DNA of 64,000 nucleotides from Sminthopsis crassicaudata (Eukaryota): positions 355,289,261 to 355,353,260 of the forward strand of contig NC_133620.1 in the NCBI RefSeq assembly GCF_048593235.1. The letters are read 5' to 3'. How positions within the stretch are numbered: position 1 is the stretch's first letter; each line of letters opens with the position of its first letter. Made by a program: the position numbers and the translations under genes. The notes below the pieces were generated by a model. That model had not been told where the DNA came from and did not search any database. It saw nothing but the letters and a program-made list of their open reading frames with translations. Of this stretch, positions 35,558 through 48,545 are shown in pieces.

Positions 35558-37162
35558 GTAGGTACCCGTTCAGCATGACCTCTCCCCCTCTGTCTGACCC
35601 GTACCAGCCTTGTCCTTCCCTCCCACCACTGTCTCTCCCGTTTTGGTGTTCCTCCGGTCCTTCACGCTTGCCTGCATTGGTGGTTGTGATTACTTTGGTG
35701 GTTTCTGTGGATGTCGTGAAGTTGACTTTGATTTTAAGTCCCTTCCCTCTTAACAAGCTCAAAGAGGCTCTCTGTGCTAGGATTCTTCTTGGCTCTGGCT
35801 CCTTGAAGGGGTAAAAAGCCTCTCCCCCATCCTCATCAGATTGTGAAGGAAGTGACTTAGAATCAAGTATCTATATTTATATGTGTGTGTGTGAGATAAT
35901 AGTGAGCCATTCAGGTTTTAGATGATGAAGGACTCCCAGTCCCGGGTCCCTTACATATCTCTCCTCCTTTTATTCTTTTCCCTGGCTTTTGGCTTTCTGG
36001 GATCCTTCGTTAAGCTGCTTAGGTTGGGGAAGGGCCATTGGAGGAAGCTTCTATCAGAATTATACCCATATTTTAATACTACTTCAACAGGAGTATTAAG
36101 TGTTTGATTTCAGTTTTAATTCAACCCCTTTATGCATCCAGAAAAGCAAATAGGGAACATAGAAGTTTCTGTTCTATGGTCTCCCCTTGGACCTATCCCC
36201 TCCCCCACTGCAGTCATTGTGGTCCTTAGGGGCTTCAGGTGCAGGGAATGAAATTAGGGACTTAAGGAGAGAGAGAAAGAGGCAGAACATTAAACCAGCA
36301 TCCCCAGGAGGCTCTGCCTCCTGGAGCAGCACCCCAGAGCTCCCACTTGATAATTAAAGGCCTTGTTAGGGATGTAAACTGAGTTAATGAAAATGTTCCC
36401 CTGAGATGCCAATTAAGCAATATTTATATCCTTATCAAAAGTAGCAATCAAGAATTTTTTTTAATAACTTAAGGACGAGTGTGCAATTACTAGGAAACCT
36501 ACTGACCTGTTAAGAATGGGAAAAAAGGCCATCCCAGAGATGAGAGGAGGGATTGAGAAATGTGGCAGAGAAGGCAAAGAGAAAGCCAGGGGCAGGCCGA
36601 ATCTCAGAGATGTAGGGGCCTGAGATGAAACAGGATAAAAGAAGTTTAACTACTTGGGGCAAGGACTACCTGCTATGTAGGGGCTGAGTCTCCTCCAAGG
36701 AGCTCACTCAGGTTTTGTTTGGGCAAAGGGAATGGGGAGCCCTGGAGGGAAGGGTTACAGAAGCCTAGGTGGTCATTTAATAATGAGGTCCCATCTGCCA
36801 CTTCAGAGTTCCAGCTTGTGCACCACCAAATCCCGCTCCCATTCAAGCACAATCCAGCTCACCCACCTGGGATCACTGGGAGCTGCGTTCCCAATTGATC
36901 TAGCTGTTTGTGTCCATGGGAGTTAGAAATGATTTTCCTCTGACTGGTTGGGGTCAGAGGAGTCCATGCAATCCTAGCTCAGGCTGGCCCCAGGGGAGCC
37001 CTACTTTGTGAGGACAGGGCCTCCTGGTGTGAACAGATGCAGGTGCATGGCTCATGTTGTGATCAATAGTTCCTGTGGTGTGTATGTGTGTAATCCCGGG
37101 TGCTCCCAGTGAGGTTGAAAAGCCCCAGAGCCCTGATTCTCCCCTCCTCTCCTTCTCCCTAG

Positions 37163-37247
37163 GGAGATGCTACCAAGTCTGAGTCGGAGACAGATTTCTT
37201 CTCACCGAGCCTGGAAGGGAAAGGGGACAGGAAGAAGCACTTAGCCT
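37163..37247 (+). CDS. CACNA1G: Exon 15: [28 protein letters not shown]
   Basis: Acceptor tccctag|GGA, donor GCCT|gtgagt; 85 nt, phase 0-1. Confidence 0.96.
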
Positions 37248-37358
37248 GTGAGTAACCCCACTACTCCCAGGTTGAGGAGCAAGAGGGAGTGGGCCGGACC
37301 CTTGGGTGGCCCACGAGGTAACCTGGAGCTTTGTTCTCCTCTCCCACTCCCACTCCAG

Positions 37359-37546
37359 TGATGTCCCTGGGAGAGCACCCGGAGCTGAGAAAGAGTCTCC
37401 TGCCGCCACTCATTATCCATACCGCCGCTACACCCATGCCTTTGCCCAAGAGTGTCAGTTTAGGGGAGGCTTCAGGCCCTGCTTCTCGAAGACCCAGCGG
37501 TAGTGGATCCAATGACCCCAATATGGCTCATGAGATGAAGTCACCG
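37359..37546 (+). CDS. CACNA1G: Exon 16: II-III linker, [26 protein letters not shown]...AHEMKSP
   Basis: Acceptor cactccag|TG, donor CCG|gtaggg; 188 nt, phase 1-0. Confidence 0.96.
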
Positions 37547-38664
37547 GTAGGGCCGTGTGCATCTTGGGTGGGGCAGGGAGGTCGGAGGGGTGAAGGCGAC
37601 AGAAGGGGGAGGATCGTGGGAATCCAGTGCCCATCATAGATGGCCAAAATGGGTAGAAAAGGTTTGGGGGGAGAAACTGGAGCTTTGGTAGAGAAAATGG
37701 AAGAGAGATAGAAATTGATGTGAAGGGGCAGCAGGAAGGATAGATGAGCGAATGAATGAAAAGTTATTGGGGGCTTTCTATGTGTCAAGCATTATGCTAG
37801 ATATATAGAAGCACGGTGGGCTCTGTCCTCCCAAAAAATTACAATCTAATGGAATAAACAACATATATAGGAAAAGAGGCAATAAGAGGAGAGAGAAGAG
37901 TGGGAATAGAGAAAAGGGAGGCTTCTTTTGGGTCAACTCTAAGATGAAATGATGCTCCTTAGACAATGCCCAAAGCGCTTCACACAGTGAAGACAATAGC
38001 CAGATATTAATCCTCTTAATTTTGGCAACAGTGTGAATCATCTTCCCTCTCAATTCATCTGTTAAGCTTTTACAGTGTGCAAAGCCCTGGACATTGAGGG
38101 AGAATAGAAAATTTGGATTAGTCATGGTCCCTGCCCTTGTGAAATGTACGTTCTAGTGACAATGTTCAGATTGAGTGGACTGGGCAGTGGGCTTAGTATC
38201 AGCAAGACCTGGACTAAAATCCTGCTTCAAACATTTTTTAGCTATGTGACCCTTGGTATCACTTAAACTATCTGGGTCATTGCTTGTTCATCTGTCAAAT
38301 GAGGAAGCTGGACTAACTCTTAAGTTTTCCTTGTAGTTCTAAATCTGACCCCACGGTTTATAATACACAAATTACATGGTAAATGCATCTGAGAGGTCCA
38401 GAACAAATGTTCTGTGAGACCTGGGAGGAAGGTCATTCCTGACTGGGGAATGGTCAAAGAAGACTTCATGACATTTGAATTGGACTTTATAGGATGGATA
38501 GGAATACGACAGATGATGGGAAATCTTTTGCTTCTTTCTGCCCATCTGTCCCTATACCTTTCTGTAGAAAATGATGGTCCAATGGTGGGAGGCTGGGGAT
38601 ATGATAGAGGTCAGGGGGCAGAGCAGCTTGGCTGACATCTCATCCCACTTGGCCCCCTCCCTAG

Positions 38665-39093
38665 CCCAGTGTCCGAAGCTCCCCCCACAGCCCCTGGAGC
38701 GCAGCGAGCAGCTGGAACAGCCGACGGTCCAGCTGGAACAGTCTTGGCCGGGCGCCCAGCCTGAAGCGACGGAGTCCAAGTGGGGAGCGTCGGTCCCTGC
38801 TGTCTGGGGATGGGCGGGAGAGCATGGAGGAGGACGAGACCTCGGATGAGGATCAGGCCAGCCGGGTGGGGAGCGACCCCCGGGCAGGTTCTGTGGACAG
38901 GGAGGCCAAGGGCTCGTTCGACCTCCAGGACACGCTCCAAGTTCCAGGAGTGTATCGCACAGCCAGTGGCCAGAGCTCAGCCTCGGAGCACCAGGACTGC
39001 AACGGCAAGACGGCGTCAGGGCACCCTGACCGAAACCTGCAGCTGGACGAGCCCCAGTTAGAAGGGGATGATGCTGATGATGAGGGCAATATG
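38665..39093 (+). CDS. CACNA1G: Exon 17: Ser/Arg-rich II-III linker, [48 protein letters not shown]...DDADDEGNM
   Basis: Acceptor tccctag|CCC, donor ATG|gtgagg; 429 nt, phase 0-0. Confidence 0.97.
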
Positions 39094-40268
39094 GTGAGGG
39101 TCATTCTCAGGTGTGGGAGGGGAAATGAAGGCAGGAGGTTGCTCTTCTTGGAGATCAGCCCTCTGCCTACTCCCCTCCCTTTTTTCCCTTCCCCCCACCA
39201 TTTGCTCCAAAGAAAACATATTTAGTCATTACTCTATGGAATTCAGCTCCCCCAGGACCCCACATGGTAGTGATTTTTTGGGTAAAATCTGGCCATCTTT
39301 TGGTTCCTTTGACCTAGCAGTTTCTCCAATGGTTATGCTTTTTATGTCCCTTTCCCTTGCTCTGGCCCAGAAAATAATGGTGCAGACTTCATTTTGTGCC
39401 TGGACCTGTTAGCTCAGAGATAGTTGGTGGATACGGATGGTTTTGGGGGCATATGTGTATGAATCTTTCATAGCCCTCCCTCTGTGCCTGGGAGAAACCA
39501 ATCATTCATCTTTCAGTGCTGATTCCTTCCCTCCCCCTAACCCATATTAAGTTCCCTAATTCCAGGGTAAAGTCTTATTCATCACCCTGCCTGAGCAATC
39601 TTCCTTTCAACTCTTACAGTTCAATTAAACTGTGGATATGGTGGGTAAGAATAAAAGGGAGTGATGGAGACTGGAGGCAAATCTCAGGGAGGCTTGGACG
39701 TCAGGATGAGCAGATTTGGAGGGGACAGGATATGTTCCTTCTACCCATGTGTATCTGAGAACCGACAGGTGTTACTGGGAAGGAAGTTAGATAATTTACA
39801 TATCTCTAAAAATTGCAAGAATGGAGCCCAAAATTGAGACAGATGGGGGGAGGGCAGAAGAGAGATGGAAGAGTAATGGAAGTGAGAGGAGAAGTAATGG
39901 GGAGAAAAGGGGACAGGAGAAAAGTTGAAATGGTGGTGAGGATGATGAAGAAACGTAAGGGAGATTAAATAAAGAAGGGCAGAAAGGGGCTGAAGAGATG
40001 GGGAGAGAGGGGTGGGAGGGAAAAGGGCTCTGAGAAGAAGGGATGGGGGGATGACAATGTTCCTAATTAATTACATAACTTTGATTCTCATTTTCCTCAT
40101 CGATGAAATAAAGGAGGTTGGACTGGATGACCTACTAATTCTGAATCTATTATCCTAAAAATCAGAAAAGGGAAGGCCTGCAATGATCAGGAAAGAGAAA
40201 CTGGGAGAAGAAGGAGGAAAGTCTGGATTTTGGTTCCTTCTTACTTTCACTGACTATTCTTTCTGCAG

Positions 40269-40369
40269 AGCAAAGGGGAGCGATTCAGAGCATGGATCCG
40301 ATCTTGGCTCCCCACCTGCTGCAGGGAGAGAGATACTTGGTCTGCCTACATCTTCCCTCCTCAGTCTAA
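40269..40369 (+). CDS. CACNA1G: Exon 18: [33 protein letters not shown]
   Basis: Acceptor ttctgcag|AGC, donor TAA|gtaaga; 101 nt, phase 0-2. Confidence 0.95.
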
Positions 40370-40893
40370 GTAAGAGGGACCCCTGATCTTCTGGGAAGGT
40401 ATCGTGGTACAGTGAGAATAGAACTTGCTCGGAAGTCAAAGGATGTGGCTTCTAATCCCACTTCTGATATTTCAATTGCATAAATGACTTCACCTAGATG
40501 AGCTTCTGTTTCCTCATTTGTAAAATGAAAGAGTTGAACTAAATAGCTTCCAAGGTCCTTATCAACTCTAAATTCCATGAACCCCTATTCTCATTTATTT
40601 ATCTTGATAGAACCCCGAACAAGTGGGGCAGTCTGCCTCTGCCCAGCTCAATTTACTCTTAGTCCCAGGCAGATGAGCTCTTAGAAAGATGAAGTCACCA
40701 AAGGGGCTGGTCACCCCAGGAGTAGGAGATCCTTGGATGGGGAAAGGAAGTTTGAATGTGATCCCTGTGTCTCTCTTTGTCTCTTTCTGTCCCGTGATCA
40801 TTCTATGTTCTTGTCTCTCTCACTTTCCCATGACATCCCCTCTTCCCTATCTCTGTCTCTGTCTCTCCTCTGTATGTCTCTATCCTGGGCCAG

Positions 40894-41017
40894 GTTCCGA
40901 CTGATGTGCCATAAAATCATCACCCACAAGATGTTTGACCATGTTGTCCTGGTCATAATCTTTCTCAACTGCATCACCATTGCCATGGAGCGCCCCAAAA
41001 TTGACCCCCACAGTGCC
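40894..41017 (+). CDS. CACNA1G: Exon 19: IIIS1, [41 protein letters not shown]
   Basis: Acceptor gggccag|G, donor GCC|gtgagt; 124 nt, phase 2-0. Confidence 0.97.
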
Positions 41018-41837
41018 GTGAGTACCCCATCCCCACCCTTTCACCTGGCCCCCATTCCACATGCCTGAAGCAATCCTATGTCCTGGATTTCCCAGGATTG
41101 TCCCCATTTCAAGTAGTCTGTCCCATTGCCCTCATAAACCATCTGAAATGTCCTGGAAATCCTAATATTTTGGCAAATAGTAACTGAATTAATGGAGTCA
41201 GCAAATGTTACAACAAAAATACACATAAGTCACAAGAGACTGGGAGCTACAGAAAATGGAGAAGTGCAGGTTGAAAGAATATTTGAGGGCACTTGAAAAA
41301 ATGGGAGCCTTCTAGCTCAGGTAACTATTGGTACTTACATAGGAGACAGGCTTTTTGGGCACATGTCATGATGGTGGTAACTGACCTTGACCTTTCTTGT
41401 CCCAAGGCCCTTAAGGTCCCCAGATATTGAGTTTTGCAAATGAACTTAAAATTCTACACTATTGTGGCAGCAGAGAAAAGATCCTGGGCCATTCATACTC
41501 AGTTTGGGATTTGGAAAATCTGGTCATCGTACCCACAGCAAATGATTTTTTGCATTAAAGAAGCCTTTTCCACATGATCCCTTCAGTAGCATGGAGATAA
41601 ATAATCATCATCATCACAACAGCCAGGATTTATGTAGTGCTTTGAGGTTTGAACGGCACTTAAGTTTGAACTCATTTCATCCTCACAGCAACCCTAGTGT
41701 TGAAAAGGGAGAATACTTGGTCTCCCTATATTGGCGAAAAAGGCAGGGCTTGTGTAAATAGGGAGGAGGTAAAAGTGAATATTAGAGGAAAAAAGTATTC
41801 TTCGTGTATAGGTGAGTATGTCTTTGCCAAAGGATAG

Positions 41838-41975
41838 ATGTGTGTGTGTGTGTGTGTATGAGACAGACAGACAGACGGACAGAGACACAGAAAACAGAGA
41901 CAAAAACACAGAGGGAGAGGAGGAAAGAGATAGGGAGAGAGAGGAGAGAGAAGGGGAAAGAGGAGGAGGAGGAGC
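41838..41975. repeat. (TG)n / (AGAC)n / GA-rich compound low-complexity tract
   Basis: Read directly. Confidence 0.85.
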
Positions 41976-44528
41976 TACTATCCAGTTCCTATGTCCTCTC
42001 TTATTTTATTTTGATTTTTCTTAACCCTGCTCTCAGACAACATATCCCTGATTTGAGGTCAGTCTAGAGGGATGCCCAGGAACTTCAGACCTTGTGGTAG
42101 CAGCATTGAGGAATCTGCTCTGCTTGGACTTTCTTGGCAGAAATGAGGAGCAGTGGTCCGGGCTCCAAAGATATTCCCTCTGCCCAATGATCTGGCATCC
42201 TGGAGGAGTTCCTTGGGTAGCTTGGAGAAGGCTCCTCCTTCCTGCTCTGCATCCAGGGTCCAGTGCCTATGTCCACAGGTTTTCAGGGAACAGTTTTCTT
42301 CAGCTTCCTTCCAGAGATTTGAAAGTGTTACATTCACTAGCCCTGAGCCCCAAATTTGGAGGAGGTTCCTCCTTTCTGGTAACTTCAGCTTTTGTCTGGG
42401 CTGGAGGGATGGGAGATAGTTGTCTGGTCTCTGTTTTTAGTATCTTGTGTGTCTTTTTTGGATGTTGCCAGAATGGCCACCACCACACTCCTCCTCCCAC
42501 TATTGTTTAGATTTTGGATACTATTCCAGTTTCTATTTCTCATTAAGAAGAAGTTGCCAACCAGAGGAGTAAGAATGAACCTTGGGAATGGGGATTTTGG
42601 TGACAGGGACATTTGCCAGGGCCCTGGGATTGGGGAGGAGGGGATTGACTCGGGAGAGTGTTCCAACCCCAGGCTCTTCCTTCTGCAACTATGGAATTTT
42701 CTTTTCATTGGGATGGGGTGGAGGGGAGAAGGGAGGATGGGGCAAGTGATGGTACAAAGGAGATAAGTCAAGTTCTCTCAAAGTGGAGCCAGGAACTGAG
42801 TGGAACATGCTGTGGGGAGAACAGAAAAATTCTCAAGTTCCCTTTCCACTCTCTTGGGCTGAGGCACAGGCCATTCTGTACCCATTGTTCATCATGGGGC
42901 AGCATCCCAAAGGACAGAACTCTGAAAACACTGCTCTCCTTTCCAATGTATTGCCAATATTTATTTCTCTATTCCACACCCCACTCTTCTCCCTCCCTCT
43001 TCTGTTCTCTCCCTTCCTTTCCCCAGCCCTTCTCTGCCTTCTGCACCTTCCTCCTATTCCATCCTTTCTCTTTTTCTCTTTCCCTTCTCCCTTTTTCTTT
43101 TTCTCTTCCCTCCAACACCTATCCTTAAGTACTTGTCTTCCTCTGTCCTTTTCCTTCTCTCTGTCTTCATTTCTTCCAGATCCTTAATGGAGTCAATCCA
43201 TGCTTTACAAACATCAAAGGGAAAGTGCACATTTCTTTCCTATATACTTTCTGCCTTCCCTCCTCCCCCACATTATATAGTGGGGATGTCTGTGAACAAG
43301 ATACCAGTTGGGATTTTGTAGCTCTTTACTTTTGATGGGCTTGGGTCAGGATAAAGGAAGTAAAGTGTCAGTCAATCAAGCAATAAACATTTATTAGGCA
43401 CCCACTGTATCCTAAGTACTGTAATGAGTGCTGGAGAAAGACAGACACACAAAGAAAGAAGCACACAATCTTATGGAAAAGACAACAACCAAAGAAGTTA
43501 CATACATGATAAATAGAAAATAATTGGGAAGACACTAAAGTTAAGGTGAATTGAGAAAAGCTGTGATGTATGTGTGTGTGAAGGGAAATAAGGACCTCAA
43601 GTGACATCACTATGTGACTGATCTTGAGCAAGTCACTTCCTTTCTCTGAAATGAGTAGATTAGATTAGAATTGTTGCAACAACAATGACATTCTACATCC
43701 CTGTCACTTAAGATCTTGAAATCGAACTTTAATATTCCTTCATTCATAAGCTCTATAACACTCATTTATTTTCTCAGTAGGTCATCAGGAATGTTCTGTT
43801 AAGGTTTAGCAACCAACTCTCCAAAAACCAAATTTAGATGATCGATAAAACAACGGATCAAGTCCTGATCTGTTACAAGATTTTGGTGAATTTCTGAGGT
43901 GTAAATACTTGTATGGAAAGTCCATTTGGTCATTTGAGCTGATTCCAGCATACCACAATTGAGAACCAGGGAAGTTGTGGCCAGGCAAACAGTTTCATGT
44001 TGACCAACCTGTCTGAAAAGTGGGGCCCAAGTGAAGAAGTTTGGGAGAAAAGAATGGTGACCTTTGTGGATGTGGAGGTTGTATCAATAATAGGATTATT
44101 CTTCTGAAATTTCATTTTTAAGGGAGAAAAAAAGAACAAGTTTGTTTCCCAGCCCAAGTCTGTATGTGAGGTAGTGTGTATGTCAGTGTAAGGTGTTTTT
44201 TTTGGGGGGTGGGGCAGAAACAAAGATACTATTCTCATTGAGCAAGGGCTCCATGGGGTAGGTAGGTAGTACAGTGGATAGAACATTGTTCCTGAAGTCA
44301 GGAAGGCCTCAAGTTCAAATCCAACCTGAGACATTTCATGACAGGTCACTTAACCTCTGCCGTAATTTTCTCAACTGTAAAATGGGACTTTGTAGGATTG
44401 TTGTGAGGATCAAATGAGGTAATATTTGTAAAGTGTTTACCATGATGTTTGGTACATATTAAGTGCTTTGTAAATGCTTATTCCCTTCCCCTCCATCAAA
44501 AAATTATCTCTCAACTTTTCTTTCTCAG

Positions 44529-44597
44529 GAGCGAATCTTCCTGACGCTTTCCAACTACATTTTCACTGCAATCTTTCTGGCTGAGATGACAGTGAAG
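44529..44597 (+). CDS. CACNA1G: Exon 20: IIIS2, [23 protein letters not shown]
   Basis: Acceptor ttctcag|GAG, donor AAG|gtgatg; 69 nt, phase 0-0. Confidence 0.97.
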
Positions 44598-45318
44598 GTG
44601 ATGGGCAGATAGCATTGATTTGGGACCCAGTGGATTATTGGGGTGGGGGCTCGGGGAAAGAGGGTATACAGCAGGATGGGAGAAGAGTGGTGAGACAGAA
44701 AGTAGCTCTGGGCCTGTGTGAATCTGCAGTTGTGGGTCAAAAAGAAGGAGAAGGCAGCAGGCTGAGTTGGATGGGGGAGAAACTTGGTATAGATAATAGA
44801 CTGCCTGCATTGGGAGAGTTGAAATAAAGATGGGCTGGGTTGAAAGGGGAGAGTTAAGGGTTGGAAGACTGGTAGGAGCAAATTTGAGGGATAGAGCAGC
44901 CTGACTTGAAATACTTGAGAGGATGGGAGAATGGATTGGAGGGGAGGTTATGGAAAAGATTGCTTGGATAGAGTTTGGGGAGGAGCAAATTAGAGACAGA
45001 GAAGGGGTTGAGAGGAACAAACTGAGGTGAGCGGAATAAAATTGAGGCAGAGATAGATTAGGTTGAGGATAAGAGATTTTGAGGTAGAAAAACAACCACT
45101 GGATAAAGGGGCAATGGAGGAGAAGGGTAGACTGAATTGAGTAAGAAAACTGGAGCAGGGAAAAGCTTAAGCTGAATAGAAGAGAGTTGTGGAAAATGGG
45201 GCAGATTATGTTGAGTTGGGGGAAAATAGGAGGGTTCAGTAGAAGAGATTTGGGAGAGGGGTAGGCTAGGACATAAAAAGACTGAGAGGTGACCATGGTT
45301 GGGTAACTGGGTTCACAG

Positions 45319-45503
45319 GTAGTAGCCCTAGGCTGGTGCTTTGGGGAGAAGGCTTATCTTCGGAGCAGCTGGAATATACTGGACGGGCTGCTTGTGCTCA
45401 TCTCTGTCATTGACATCCTGGTTTCCATGGTCTCAGACAGTGGTACCAAGATTCTGGGCATGCTTAGGGTACTTCGGCTCCTCCGAACACTCCGACCACT
45501 CAG
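45319..45503 (+). CDS. CACNA1G: Exon 21: IIIS3-IIIS4, [61 protein letters not shown]
   Basis: Acceptor ttcacag|GTA, donor CAG|gtaaca; 185 nt, phase 0-2. Confidence 0.97.
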
Positions 45504-46124
45504 GTAACACCCTCTCCCAAGGAAATGTGACTAACCTCCCCACCCCAAGGAAGTGTAACTAATCTGCCCTTCAGGAAGTATGACCATCCTCTCCCCACCC
45601 CAAGTGTGAGTACCTTACTCCTAACATTATTTTTCTAAGGAAATTGATCCTTCCCTCAAAGGATAAAACAACCTGCCCACAAAGTAACACCCTTTTCTTA
45701 AGACTTTCAAATCATTCTCCTCCAAATCTCATCTTAGATACAACTTCTCTCCTTTCCCCAACTCTTCCGTAAGGGACTATGACAACCCTCCCAAAAGTAA
45801 ACTTCCCCACCCCAGTTACTTTTTGCTCCTAGGAGAACAGGATTCTACCTTACACGCTTCAGGTAATACATTTGGATGCTAGAAGGAGAAATAGAACCAC
45901 CCAGAGCTGGGTAGGTGGGCTGTGGCTTGGAGTTGGCTGCTCTGTGCTGAACCTGCACCAGGGATTGGGGACAACTGAGCTTCCAGGGAATGTCAAAGGA
46001 GAGGACAAGGGCAGGGTTTCTGACCCCGGAGTCAGGCCTTCTCCTCTTCTAAGCCAGGATCCTCTTTGTTGCCTCAGAAATTCTTCCCCCATTGTAATTG
46101 CCTTTATCTCTTCATTCCTATCAG

Positions 46125-46251
46125 GGTCATCAGCAGGGCCCAGGGGCTAAAACTGGTGGTAGAGACCCTGATGTCATCCCTGAAGCCCATTGGAAACATT
46201 GTGGTCATTTGCTGTGCCTTCTTTATCATCTTCGGCATCTTGGGGGTGCAG
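46125..46251 (+). CDS. CACNA1G: Exon 22: IIIS4-S5 linker and IIIS5, [42 protein letters not shown]
   Basis: Acceptor cctatcag|G, donor CAG|gttagg; 127 nt, phase 2-0. Confidence 0.97.
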
Positions 46252-47752
46252 GTTAGGAGGGCTGGGGAAATTTGTGGAGTGCCAGACTGGAAACAAGAGG
46301 GATTGGGGGGCATCTCATTATAAGGAAGTGACCCAATCAAAGGGAGTCTGAAAAACCTTCAACAATCAGTAATTGGGGTGTCCCAGGGCTCTCACCACTG
46401 CTATTCTCTTCTATTCTCCCCCCCTTAAGCAACAACAAGCAGAACAGAGAGGGTATCCTCTTGTCTCTTTTCTCTCTTCCTCCATCATTCCCTTTGGTTA
46501 TCCCCTGGTGAGGGCAGGGGAGGAGAGAGGAATAACTGTGGAGTTTGGACATTCTGGGGATCTAAAGGGACTCAGGATTTCAGAGGCACCCCCTTGCAAA
46601 ATTATTCCCCAGGCTCTGGCAATGAATCCACTTAGATCCAGGAGCAGTATCCCTTCCCTCCCATTATACTCCTACCTAGGAGGGTGGGAGGCCTGCCTGG
46701 GGATCAGGAGCCTAGACAGCTGGGCCCAGTTAGCAGCAGGCGAAGGCCTCAGACGGGACAGGAAGTGGAGGATGGGGCTGGGTTGGGGGGGAGTATTGGG
46801 GAAACTTGGCCCCCAGCCCAGAAAGGGAACTTTGCTTTGCTTTGGCCCCAGGATTGGGAGATCCCGACAGGGAATAGCAAGACCAGATGTGGGTGGGAGC
46901 CATGGATGGAAGAGCTGGGGAGGGGCTGTGGAGGAAAATAATAGAAGTACTCATTGCAATGAAGCAAATTAACCTCAATAAATGCCTAAGCTTCATTTCC
47001 CAATCCTACCCCCTCATTTCCCCACCCCACATGCCTTCAGAGCCCCTAACTCTGGTTGTCCTAACTATGACCATTTGGGGGGCACCAGGCCTGGGGGTGT
47101 TCCTATAGGAGCCTTTCTCATCATGGAAGCCACATAGTGTTCAGATATCTCCTGTTCTTCAACTACCCCACTCTTGATATTTAGCAAAGAACTGACCACA
47201 TTTGCCCCTTTACTCTCTTTCCAGGGATGGAGATCCATCACAGAGGGTCTGAGGATCCCCATTCACACTTTCACTTCTCCCTCACAATTCCCTCTTTACC
47301 CATGACACCTATCAGTTATTCCGTCTTCCTCCTCCCCTCACCCCTCCTCTAAAACAGCCCATTCTTTAATTACCCCTTTGCCTTCATTCAGTTGCTTCCT
47401 CCCCAACTCACCCTTTTCTCAAACTTGTGTCCGGATCAGCTATTTCACCATCCTTGCACTCCCAGTGACTGAATCATATCAGGGAGGCCACAGACCAAGT
47501 GGGAGGTCAGGATTAGGATGGAAGGTGGGGGTGGAGGTGTTCATTCAGAGCAGGACTCAGGGGAAGAGTAGTGCCATCCCTGTGTTTTCTGGGGTTTGGG
47601 CTCCAGCCATCCCACAGACGTTGCACCAGCTTTCATAAAGCAGGGGGGGGGGAGGAATTCTCCTGCTTCCCTAAATGGGTCCCTTCCTTTCACCACTAGT
47701 CCCCTCTGTGGAGCTAAATTGAACTGGGGATATGGTGGGGGAAATCTTGTGC

Positions 47753-48395
47753 NNNNNNNNNNNNNNNNNNNNNNNNNNNNNNNNNNNNNNNNNNNNNNNN
47801 NNNNNNNNNNNNNNNNNNNNNNNNNNNNNNNNNNNNNNNNNNNNNNNNNNNNNNNNNNNNNNNNNNNNNNNNNNNNNNNNNNNNNNNNNNNNNNNNNNNN
47901 NNNNNNNNNNNNNNNNNNNNNNNNNNNNNNNNNNNNNNNNNNNNNNNNNNNNNNNNNNNNNNNNNNNNNNNNNNNNNNNNNNNNNNNNNNNNNNNNNNNN
48001 NNNNNNNNNNNNNNNNNNNNNNNNNNNNNNNNNNNNNNNNNNNNNNNNNNNNNNNNNNNNNNNNNNNNNNNNNNNNNNNNNNNNNNNNNNNNNNNNNNNN
48101 NNNNNNNNNNNNNNNNNNNNNNNNNNNNNNNNNNNNNNNNNNNNNNNNNNNNNNNNNNNNNNNNNNNNNNNNNNNNNNNNNNNNNNNNNNNNNNNNNNNN
48201 NNNNNNNNNNNNNNNNNNNNNNNNNNNNNNNNNNNNNNNNNNNNNNNNNNNNNNNNNNNNNNNNNNNNNNNNNNNNNNNNNNNNNNNNNNNNNNNNNNNN
48301 NNNNNNNNNNNNNNNNNNNNNNNNNNNNNNNNNNNNNNNNNNNNNNNNNNNNNNNNNNNNNNNNNNNNNNNNNNNNNNNNNNNNNNNNNNNNNNN
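47753..48395. other. Assembly gap (643 N) in intron 22
   Basis: N run ending 24 nt before exon 23. Exons 22 and 23 join in frame with contiguous protein, so no constitutive exon is missing. Confidence 0.99.
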
Positions 48396-48419
48396 ATATT
48401 TTTCATTCTTTGGGGACAG

Positions 48420-48545
48420 CTCTTCAAAGGAAAGTTTTTCATATGCCAGGGTGAGGACACAAGAAATATCACCAATAAGTCAGACTGCACTGAGGCCAGT
48501 TATCGGTGGGTCAGACACAAATACAACTTTGACAACCTGGGTCAG
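48420..48545 (+). CDS. CACNA1G: Exon 23: domain III extracellular loop, [42 protein letters not shown]
   Basis: Acceptor gggacag|CTC (24 nt after an assembly gap), donor CAG|gtgagc; 126 nt, phase 0-0. Confidence 0.97.

Noticed and set aside
44511-45296. 261-aa minus-strand ORF
   Set aside because: Artefact of the purine-rich intron 20, whose pyrimidine-rich complement seldom forms stop codons.
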